Source: a virus. From it: 64,000 bases of DNA. Below the pieces are notes generated by a model. That model saw only the letters and a program-made list of their open reading frames with translations, made no database searches and was not told the DNA's origin. The position numbers were made by a program, and so were the translations under genes. Position 1 is the stretch's first letter. The number at the start of each line of letters is the position of its first letter. This document shows, piece after piece, positions 23,821 through 30,883 of the stretch. Location: positions 1 to 64,000 of the IMG/VR virus record IMGVR_UViG_3300002042_000001; one strand, 5' to 3'.

Positions 23821-23929
23821 GAGTTGGGAGCGGCTTGCCCTGTTTCGCAAATCGATATCCGCGTTGCATTGTCCATGGGCTCTTGCTGTGTTTCCCACAG
23901 GGTGGGAAACTTGCATCAATCGAACCCAC

Positions 23930-23957
23930 TTCACGAATCACTCCGAATGTTTATTGT
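23930..23957 (+). promoter_or_regulatory. class I promoter TTCACG-16-TATTGT after AACCCAC
   Basis: leader ACGAAAGGTAAGACAATG downstream. Confidence 0.5.
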
Positions 23958-23987
23958 GGTATGCAGACAACGACGAAAGGTAAGACA

Positions 23988-24125
23988 ATGTAGGAATTAT
24001 TATTAACAACCGACTGCGAAAATGAACAAGATATCGCAGAAGAGCTTGAAATAATCGCCGATATGGTACGCGATGGGTTGACCAGTGGTGAAACGCCGAA
24101 CGGTAACTGGTGGAGTTTAAAATGA
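23988..24125 (+). pseudogene. 45-codon gene with TAG as codon 2 (23991-23993)
   Basis: ATG at conserved leader position, then TAG, then 43 sense codons ending in ATGA overlap with 24122. Confidence 0.4.
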
Positions 24126-24433
24126 AACTATTACACAAGGTTCTAGCGGTTGCATGTGCACTAGGTGTTATCGGTGCGACTGCTTACGGTTCACTGCAAG
24201 CACACAAAGAGTTGCAAGCAGCAGACGATCACGTGGTCATGTACGTATACAGCGAAGACGACGCGTGGAACGAGTGGTACGCGAACATCGAGTCACAAGA
24301 ATTGACCGAAGCACCGATCTGCTTATATGAAGGTGCAGCACACCAGCCCACCAACGAATTCGGCATGCGCTATATGATCGCCGAGTGTGAGGTTCCAGCG
24401 TTCTACCCTGAAATTACACAACTTGCCAATTAA
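24122..24433 (+). CDS. secreted protein (signal peptide)
   Basis: GGTGGAG 6 nt before ATG 24122; MKLLHKVLAVACALGVIGATAYG. Confidence 0.65.
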   Translation: MKLLHKVLAVACALGVIGATAYGSLQAHKELQAADDHVVMYVYSEDDAWNEWYANIESQELTEAPICLYEGAAHQPTNEFGMRYMIAECEVPAFYPEITQLAN

Positions 24434-24451
24434 TATAATCTTTGCTACAAT
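24423..24451 (+). promoter_or_regulatory. sigma70 promoter TTGCCA-17-TACAAT
   Basis: overlaps end of upstream gene; drives 24484 gene. Confidence 0.6.
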
Positions 24452-24483
24452 GCGCGAATTGTTAACAACCAAACACAAGGATT

Positions 24484-24732
24484 ATGATTATGGCTGTAGC
24501 TACTGAAGTATTGGGTGCGGTTGGCACCTACTCTGCTGTTTCCGTTACTGCGGACGGCGCGATTACAAAGGTTCAAACTGGTGGACCTGGCGGTGCTTAT
24601 GAATTTGTTGACTCTGCGGGTAACCCTGCCAAGGTTCAGTTGAATGGTCAGGAAGCGGCTTCCGTTTTCGCTACCATCGCTGAATCTGATGTTGACGCTA
24701 TTGCGACTGCATACGCCGCTGCTATTGCTTAA
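24484..24732 (+). CDS. A/G/V-rich 82-aa protein in a stand-alone promoter-gene-terminator unit
   Basis: ORF track; AAGGA before ATG (24484 or 24490). Confidence 0.65.
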   Translation: MIMAVATEVLGAVGTYSAVSVTADGAITKVQTGGPGGAYEFVDSAGNPAKVQLNGQEAASVFATIAESDVDAIATAYAAAIA

Positions 24733-24753
24733 TAGGCAATAACATTGAATTTG

Positions 24754-24781
24754 AAAAGGCTGCCTTCGGGTGGCCTTTTTT
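24754..24781 (+). terminator. rho-independent terminator
   Basis: aaaaggctgcc-ttcg-ggtggcctttt + tttttg. Confidence 0.75.
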
Positions 24782-24936
24782 GTGGCTGTAACACAGTCCA
24801 TGGGTGCTAGGCATCGCATAGTCCGGCAGTTTCAGGCATAATCTGTCTTGGCGCAACGTTGGGCTTGGGCTCATGTTGACCTGGTTCTACCTGGTAGCCA
24901 TTGAAAACGCTTGATTTTAACCCATATCGAAGCCAC

Positions 24937-24964
24937 TTGTAATAATGTCCTGCATCGTTATATC
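24937..24964 (+). promoter_or_regulatory. class I-like promoter TTGTAA-16-TATATC
   Basis: GCCACTTGTAA context; leader GCACGACAAACGAAAGGTAAGACCATG. Confidence 0.45.
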
Positions 24965-24993
24965 TGATTGCACGACAAACGAAAGGTAAGACC

Positions 24994-25341
24994 ATGACAC
25001 AGAACAGCGAAGCACACATTCGATCAGCACCGAAGCTGCACCTGACCGATACTGATATCGGCACGTTTCGAGCATCAATGACACCGCTTATGGCATTGCA
25101 GCTAGCACAGCACCTTGGAATGCGTCACGTCGATACTGCTAATCAAGGCGAGTGGTACGCAGAAGCATATCAAGATGCCCACGATGTGGTTGCGCCATTC
25201 AAGATGGTTCTATGCAACGATAAGCAAGGTTGGGTTGAGTGTCACGAAGAAGACATGGAATTCATCGCGAACGCTTGCACGAATGATGTATGGGCACAAA
25301 AGAACGCACCTGACAATCTGATTACCGCTTACGTGGTATGA
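24994..25341 (+). CDS. hypothetical protein
   Basis: ORF track 115 aa, conserved leader. Confidence 0.65.
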   Translation: MTQNSEAHIRSAPKLHLTDTDIGTFRASMTPLMALQLAQHLGMRHVDTANQGEWYAEAYQDAHDVVAPFKMVLCNDKQGWVECHEEDMEFIANACTNDVWAQKNAPDNLITAYVV

Positions 25342-25367
25342 TGCACCCTAGTTGAAAGGGTAACGTC

Positions 25368-25419
25368 GAACCCCGCTCGCACAGGCTGAAATGCCCAGGA
25401 GTGCTGCGGGGTTCCTTTT
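25368..25419 (+). terminator. rho-independent terminator
   Basis: gaaccccgc (25368-76) / gcggggttc (25406-14) + ctttt. Confidence 0.7.
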
Positions 25420-25440
25420 ATCGAACAGCTCCCATGGGTT

Positions 25441-25463
25441 GGTACGGCGGGCTTTTCATATAT
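25441..25463 (+). promoter_or_regulatory. class II box GGTACGGCGGGCTTTTCATATAT
   Basis: copy of the GGTACGGC..CATATA element. Confidence 0.45.
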
Positions 25464-25623
25464 GGACCACCCATGGCTTTTGCCTGTCTACCGGCACGCA
25501 TCCCACCGAAAGCGCGAATCGCTCCATGCGAATCACCCTAAATATATAGAACGGGCGCCTGCGCGTGGTCCAGATGGGTTATTAAGTCAAGCAATCTTTT
25601 CCGCTTTTTATTGCATTTTCTCC

Positions 25624-25652
25624 TTGCGCGAATCGAATCACTCTCCTAGTTA
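25624..25652 (+). promoter_or_regulatory. class I-like promoter TTGCGC-17-TAGTTA
   Basis: GCGAATCGAATC context; leader TTCGAAAGGTAAATACAATG. Confidence 0.35.
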
Positions 25653-25699
25653 CAAGTCATCGCAGCAATAACGCAGCGACAATTCGAAAGGTAAATACA

Positions 25700-26404
25700 A
25701 TGACTAAATCAGTAAAAACAGAAACCGCACCTGCTCAAATTCGCGCAGACGCACTACAGCTTAGCAATCAAAAAGTCGGTAACATGACTGCGCAGATCGT
25801 GAAAGCGTTCACCGCACGTGACAAATTCGAAGCTGCTAACGGTGTCGATATCACCGCAAATAACAGCTACACTCGCGAACGTGACCGCATGCTGCGTGAA
25901 AAGCAGTCTGTTGCACGGTTGTTTACAGTACTCGGTGTTACAGCAAGCAACGTGATTAACCGCAAGGTTAGCGCTAACGCAATGTTCAATGCAAAAGCGC
26001 TGAAAAAGGTCACCGAAATTGCATGCTTTGTGACTGGTAACGCACAAGATAAGCGCAACCTGTCACTTGAAAAGGTAACGCAAGCGTTCATCGCATGCGC
26101 TCTGATAGCGAGCGACAACAAAATGACGGTAATTCAAAACCCCGTTAACAAGCGCTTCTTATCAGCGACTAACCTTGATGCGTACATTGCAGATGAAACG
26201 CTGCGCAATTCGCTCGCTGATATGCGTCACAAAGCAATGACTGAAGGTCGTGACACGCAATCGTCACAAGCGCGCAACGTGCTTGACGTTCTCGGTCTAG
26301 GTACTATCAGCAGCGTTGACAAGCACCGCGACGCTATCACACTAGCGTCTGGTCATGCGTTCTTTGATCTGTTCAAAGGTCGCTATATGACTAAAGCAGC
26401 GTAA
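25700..26404 (+). CDS. hypothetical protein (234 aa)
   Basis: ORF track, conserved leader. Confidence 0.7.
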   Translation: MTKSVKTETAPAQIRADALQLSNQKVGNMTAQIVKAFTARDKFEAANGVDITANNSYTRERDRMLREKQSVARLFTVLGVTASNVINRKVSANAMFNAKALKKVTEIACFVTGNAQDKRNLSLEKVTQAFIACALIASDNKMTVIQNPVNKRFLSATNLDAYIADETLRNSLADMRHKAMTEGRDTQSSQARNVLDVLGLGTISSVDKHRDAITLASGHAFFDLFKGRYMTKAA

Positions 26405-26424
26405 CAGCAGCTTAGCGTAACGAT

Positions 26425-26470
26425 AAGAGCTAGCTAGGTGGTAGCACTGCTTAGCTAGCTCTTTCGTCTC
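26425..26470 (+). terminator. 12-bp hairpin terminator
   Basis: aagagctagcta / tagctagctctt + tcgtctct. Confidence 0.55.
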
Positions 26471-26510
26471 TGTAGCATAGCTTACAATCGATTTAAGAAG
26501 GTATTTCAAA

Positions 26511-26750
26511 ATGGTTCATGGTATAACGTTCGTTAATATATTCACTCTAGCAATGATCGTGCTTCTAATCGCACCTGAGTGCATACGACGCTATCAGCAT
26601 GCAATCGATAGCATGACAATCATCGGCGTTGCACCTGCATTCAAACCTAAGCGCGGTCACCTATTCTTGCGCGGTGTTACTGGTTTAATGGTTGCTGGTC
26701 TGGTTGCTTATGACTCGGTGATTTTGGTTGCATGGTTTGCGAATCACTAA
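26511..26750 (+). CDS. membrane protein (2 TM)
   Basis: ORF track 79 aa; last + strand gene before strand switch. Confidence 0.55.
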   Translation: MVHGITFVNIFTLAMIVLLIAPECIRRYQHAIDSMTIIGVAPAFKPKRGHLFLRGVTGLMVAGLVAYDSVILVAWFANH

Positions 26751-26901
26751 ATAGATAGCTCCGCAATGGTGAGTCGCATTGTCAATAGTGCGACTCGCAA
26801 CCCAAGAGAAGTCTTAGAAAAATTATTTATCTTGGACCCGGATGCCGCCTATTCGCCGGCACATATTTTAACCGACCCATCCACAGGCGGGGGGTATATG
26901 A

Positions 26902-27090
26902 CTAATCACTGCCATCCACAGGGGTATATACACCATCATCCACTTGTACGTGACCTAGCTCTACCAGTCTATCGAGTACGAGTTTGGTTTCCGATTGTGT
27001 CTTCCATATCCACCCTGGGAGATAGTTACGCCACGAACCGAATTGTCGCAGCATATCCAATACGTCTTGCTGTCTCGTACCGAGTTTCAT
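26902..27090 (-). CDS. hypothetical protein (possible winged-helix)
   Basis: ORF track 62 aa. Confidence 0.5.
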   Translation of the reverse strand: MKLGTRQQDVLDMLRQFGSWRNYLPGWIWKTQSETKLVLDRLVELGHVQVDDGVYTPVDGSD

Positions 27091-27341
27091 TCGATTATCT
27101 CAATCTCGTACTCAGTAATGATTGCTACCTTCGCACCGCACTTGATGACTGGTTTACCGTCTGTCGTCGATAAGATCGTTGCTACCGTGTTACCTTCTGC
27201 ATCTTTGATCGCGAGCTTGTGTGCGCGTTTCTGTACTTTGCCGCTTGGGGTGTTGGAGACGCGTATCGAAGGGTCGGGGTCAACCCAATTGCGTTTGTTG
27301 TTCGAACCAATGACGTTCTTGCATACGGATATATAGTTCAT
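27087..27341 (-). CDS. hypothetical protein
   Basis: TAATG-coupled ATG 27341 within ORF 27087-27365. Confidence 0.55.
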   Translation of the reverse strand: MNYISVCKNVIGSNNKRNWVDPDPSIRVSNTPSGKVQKRAHKLAIKDAEGNTVATILSTTDGKPVIKCGAKVAIITEYEIEIIE

Positions 27342-27586
27342 TACCGATTCCCTTCTACACACCATACCAATTGCATATTATCCAGCACCGCGTGATCTTT
27401 ATAAGTCGCGTACTGCCACCATTGATCGAGTGGACCTTCCAGATAGGTCTTCTTTTGAATGCGACGACGATAGCATTTCTGCATAAATATCGTGCGACCG
27501 TCATAAGTCTTTTGCGGCCAGAATACAAAAGACTTGTGCCAATAACCTATAGGATAGCCGAATATAGGGGTGTTTACTATGTTCAT
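27341..27586 (-). CDS. hypothetical protein (Trp/Tyr-rich)
   Basis: ORF track 81 aa. Confidence 0.6.
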   Translation of the reverse strand: MNIVNTPIFGYPIGYWHKSFVFWPQKTYDGRTIFMQKCYRRRIQKKTYLEGPLDQWWQYATYKDHAVLDNMQLVWCVEGNR

Positions 27587-28293
27587 GCCAATACTTCAAT
27601 GCGACCGCCTGTCATGCGTACCGTGTAGCCGTCATTCAATAGACGCATAGCCATATCGTCATCGTTCGATGAAGCTGGCGCTGGTACGAGTGCTGGTGGT
27701 TCCGGTAATGGCAATTCTTCGATGCTTTTCAAACCCAAATCAGGTAGAAGATCGTCGGTGGTTATTTTCATCAACTCCGAGATATCTTCTTGCGTCAATT
27801 GCTCTTCGCGTGGTTCGCCTTCCGCGTACAACCACTGTTCGGGGATTTTCTTAACGAAGACGTATATGCCGGCACGGTCGTCTGCGAATGTCAGGTCATC
27901 CCAAGAGATACATGTCTTGACCGCTTTGGCGGTTTCGCGCTCTCTGAAGCATTCTGGTTTCTTGACCGTGCAATACGATGCAACGGCGCCCGATGTTTCA
28001 CTGACTCTTTTGTTGCATTGACCGCTGTGCTTGCCTTCATCGGTTACGCGCAAAGTTACAACCAGACCTTGTGGGGTATATTCGTGACTGATGTAATGTT
28101 TCTGATCGACGATACCAAAAGCTTCAATACCGTCATCGGTGACAGTGTAGCTGATTGTTCCTTGACCAAATCTTCCGCGAGTGAATTTAAGCAGCGTTTT
28201 CATGTTTTCTTCCTTCAAGTTGAATTCTAGCTGACCTTTACCATTGTTTTTATTGAACTTAAAGAGTTTTTTGAATATATTCATGCCGATCAC
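27583..28293 (-). CDS. hypothetical protein (236 aa)
   Basis: ORF track; GTGA coupling (alt ATG 28284). Confidence 0.65.
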   Translation of the reverse strand: MIGMNIFKKLFKFNKNNGKGQLEFNLKEENMKTLLKFTRGRFGQGTISYTVTDDGIEAFGIVDQKHYISHEYTPQGLVVTLRVTDEGKHSGQCNKRVSETSGAVASYCTVKKPECFRERETAKAVKTCISWDDLTFADDRAGIYVFVKKIPEQWLYAEGEPREEQLTQEDISELMKITTDDLLPDLGLKSIEELPLPEPPALVPAPASSNDDDMAMRLLNDGYTVRMTGGRIEVLA

Positions 28294-28730
28294 TGTCGTT
28301 GAAGCATGTAAAATAGACCGACATTACACCAGTGGTATTTTTCAGGTTCGTCTAGCCGCATAAAGTCTTTCATTGTCAGACTAATTGGTTCGCCAGTATT
28401 TTCTGAAATAGCAACACGCTCCATATTCTCTAGCCATTTTAGGGAATTATCTCGATCTTCAGCAAGAAACTCAAATGGACACCCATCAAGTCTATCATAA
28501 TACCGATCACCGGACCATTCAATTATAGCATTACGGTAGAAGGCGAAGCGCTGTTTAGGAATTATACCTAACCGATACCATTTGCGCGTGGTGCTGCGTT
28601 TGGTTTCAGCTTCAACTAGCTTGGCCGCTTTGTCTTGCACTTTACCTTCATAATCTTGGTAAAGAGCTTCACGAGCATTACCAATCATTTGCAATAGGTT
28701 CTCCTTCGAGACTGGTACAAAACCTTTCAT
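28290..28730 (-). CDS. hypothetical protein
   Basis: ORF track 146 aa. Confidence 0.65.
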   Translation of the reverse strand: MKGFVPVSKENLLQMIGNAREALYQDYEGKVQDKAAKLVEAETKRSTTRKWYRLGIIPKQRFAFYRNAIIEWSGDRYYDRLDGCPFEFLAEDRDNSLKWLENMERVAISENTGEPISLTMKDFMRLDEPEKYHWCNVGLFYMLQRQ

Positions 28731-28772
28731 AGTCGTATCGGACCTTTCCTTGGTGGTGTAATTTCAAGCGTA

Positions 28773-28892
28773 CTATCTGGTACTATCTTTTTTGCGACCT
28801 ACTTTACCATCGTCGATGATAACGAAGTTGGGTACGCGAATGCGTTTGTAATCGATGGTAGTCTCAACGGTTACTGATAATTTGTTACTCAC
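28773..28892 (-). CDS. 39-aa hypothetical peptide
   Basis: GTGA overlap with upstream stop; fills gap between 28889 and 28730. Confidence 0.3.
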   Translation of the reverse strand: MSNKLSVTVETTIDYKRIRVPNFVIIDDGKVGRKKDSTR

Positions 28893-29146
28893 GAATCTAT
28901 CCTTTCAAATTGGTAGCCTGATTTGGTATATTCAGACGGTGAAGCTGTTGTGATGTAACGCTCTTCCCAAGGTTCTCTGCCAGAGTAGGCAATATCCACA
29001 GGGCCACGATTCATCTTCGCATAGACGCCGCCCGCTCTTCGTGCGGCGTACTTGTCTTCGAAGTCGCGGACTTCAATGTTCGGACCACGAGCATCTGCAT
29101 CATAGATATGAAACTCGAATTCGTGTGTACGTTTAATCAATGTCAT
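28889..29146 (-). CDS. hypothetical protein
   Basis: ATG 29146 within ORF 28889-29215; 14-nt overlap with phosphatase gene. Confidence 0.55.
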   Translation of the reverse strand: MTLIKRTHEFEFHIYDADARGPNIEVRDFEDKYAARRAGGVYAKMNRGPVDIAYSGREPWEERYITTASPSEYTKSGYQFERIDS

Positions 29147-29828
29147 AACGTTTGTCTCTTTCAAGTTGCACTTCCAATATTTCAACAGGAGCCCCTTGCT
29201 GGTCGTTGAAAACACCGATTGCTTGCCGACCAGTTAACCATGCAAACGTATCGAAGTTACTTTTGTCGGGATTGAGTATTGGTCCGTCTTCGTATTGTTC
29301 GTGACCGTGTACTACATGTTTACCCATGAAGCTGTAATTATCCTCACGCGGCGCTCGAACCCACATCATTTGTTCGGTGTTTTGATGCTCTAAATCAAGT
29401 TTAGGGTTGAAACCAGCATGAACAAATGCTTGATGATCGGTCATGTGATAAACTGGCAGCGCGTTCAACCAAAAAATATGCTCTTTCGGTATCTTCAGTG
29501 GCAACATCAAATCACCATGTTTATAACCGTAAGATTGCAACGTCATGTCGCCACCATTACCAGTCCACCATTCCAAACGACCGCGAGCTAAACACTGCAC
29601 CATCATATCTTCATGGTTGCCTTTAAGAATTACCCACTCCCAATTATCTTTTTCAGGACCATTTATCAAATGTTCGATAATCTGCGCTGATTGAGGCCCA
29701 CGGTCAATGAAGTCACCAGTGATTACCAGCTTACCACCAACATCGCCGGCATGTTCTTCGACCTTGGCGATAACTGCCTTTAATATATCAAAGCGACCGT
29801 GCAGATCACCAATGGCATAAATATTCAT
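29133..29828 (-). CDS. lambda-type Ser/Thr protein phosphatase / metallophosphoesterase
   Basis: GDLHG, GDFIDRG, GNHE, HAG, GH motifs. Confidence 0.85.
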   Translation of the reverse strand: MNIYAIGDLHGRFDILKAVIAKVEEHAGDVGGKLVITGDFIDRGPQSAQIIEHLINGPEKDNWEWVILKGNHEDMMVQCLARGRLEWWTGNGGDMTLQSYGYKHGDLMLPLKIPKEHIFWLNALPVYHMTDHQAFVHAGFNPKLDLEHQNTEQMMWVRAPREDNYSFMGKHVVHGHEQYEDGPILNPDKSNFDTFAWLTGRQAIGVFNDQQGAPVEILEVQLERDKRYDID

Positions 29829-29836
29829 ATCAATTC

Positions 29837-30097
29837 CTAGTTGATAACAGGCTTGATGACTTCAATCACCTTCCATGCAACAATTCGATCTTCGTAGTCT
29901 TTGCATTCATCCCAAATCCACCAACTTTCATCAGCGCCATCCCAAAATGCAGCGGTTTCACCGTCACATACATCTTCCACTTTAACCGAGTCAGGGAAAT
30001 ATACCGCTACAACGGTGTGCTGACGCTCAACTTCAGGCAAAGGGCATGATTTACCATCGTGCGCGGTAAAACCTTCAGGTAGTTCAAATTTCAACAT
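29837..30097 (-). CDS. hypothetical protein
   Basis: ORF track 86 aa. Confidence 0.6.
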   Translation of the reverse strand: MLKFELPEGFTAHDGKSCPLPEVERQHTVVAVYFPDSVKVEDVCDGETAAFWDGADESWWIWDECKDYEDRIVAWKVIEVIKPVIN

Positions 30098-30126
30098 AAA
30101 TACTCTTTCACTGTTTCTATTTCACT

Positions 30127-30155
30127 CTTATAGCGAGTTTCACCGTTCGGTGAAA
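30127..30155 (-). promoter_or_regulatory. class I-like promoter on minus strand: GCCACTTTCAC-17-TATAAG
   Basis: minus-strand TTTCAC (30155-30150), 17-nt spacer with palindrome tttcaccgaacggtgaaa, TATAAG (30132-30127). Confidence 0.5.
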
Positions 30156-30211
30156 GTGGCTTATAATTCCGCAAACACTTCCCTGACTACCTACCCATCC
30201 GAGAGGTATTT

Positions 30212-30421
30212 TCATTTGATCTTCCTATACTGATATTTGATCGTGGTGTCGCCATGAAAGTTGGTCTTAATGAAGCCGCACCGCATCACTGGAGCGAATA
30301 CAGGTAGCCAATTTCCATAATGATCGCGCACAGGAAACCATGCGAACCAGATATGCCACTCACCTACCATACGCATCTGCTCTTCATGCGTCTCTTCAAG
30401 ATCGACTTTAAGCATCGACAA
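30212..30421 (-). CDS. hypothetical protein
   Basis: ORF track 69 aa. Confidence 0.55.
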   Translation of the reverse strand: MSMLKVDLEETHEEQMRMVGEWHIWFAWFPVRDHYGNWLPVFAPVMRCGFIKTNFHGDTTIKYQYRKIK

Positions 30422-30692
30422 GCTCTAAACTCAAGATGCAGTAGTCATTGTCGAGAACAGCGCTAGAAAACGCACAGGGAACAGTTTTCGACGTGATATA
30501 AGTCACACGAACGATCTGCTCTTCGCCGGTATAGCAACCTTCGATGTTGTCGTACCGTTGCAGCGTGATAAGATCACCGACCTGAAAATTGCGGTCGAGG
30601 TCGTATCGCAAATCGTGCTTCTTGGCGCCATCGACAATAGCATCGAAAAAGTGCGACCATGATTTACATTTGTGGCGAGTTGGTTGGCTCAT
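30408..30692 (-). CDS. ASCH/DUF3850-like protein
   Basis: KSWSHFFDAIVDGAKKHDLRYDLDRNFQVGDLI pattern; ATGA-coupled ATG 30692. Confidence 0.5.
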   Translation of the reverse strand: MSQPTRHKCKSWSHFFDAIVDGAKKHDLRYDLDRNFQVGDLITLQRYDNIEGCYTGEEQIVRVTYITSKTVPCAFSSAVLDNDYCILSLELVDA

Positions 30693-30880
30693 TTGGTAAT
30701 CTCCATTGTTGACGTATGTCCTATTTTCCATTGAGGGTAATCTCTCACTGATTTTCGAACAGCAGCGCCTATAGCTTCGTCTTGATTTGCTACATCTTTA
30801 CAGTCGTACAATTGAGTTTGCAATGATAAACTACCATTAGCTTCAATCTTCTGTTGGCTTACTGCAACTACAACTCTCAT
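30689..30880 (-). CDS. hypothetical protein
   Basis: ORF track 63 aa. Confidence 0.5.
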   Translation of the reverse strand: MRVVVAVSQQKIEANGSLSLQTQLYDCKDVANQDEAIGAAVRKSVRDYPQWKIGHTSTMEITK

Positions 30881-30883
30881 AAT

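Noticed and set aside
15847-23993. Genome-wide reassignment of TAG to a sense codon
   Set aside because: At least ten well-supported genes end at TAG with a correctly placed downstream start (for example 6030, 9557, 14965, 19132, 19573, 20254, 45018 and 48724). The long late ORFs contain no in-frame TAG. TAG is therefore normally a stop. Only local read-through, suppression or decay remains possible.
26766-27628. Plus-strand ORFs 26766-27173, 26995-27336 and 27371-27628
   Set aside because: They lie opposite a chain of translationally coupled minus-strand genes (26902-27586). The + strand transcription units end with the terminator-rich region before 26750.
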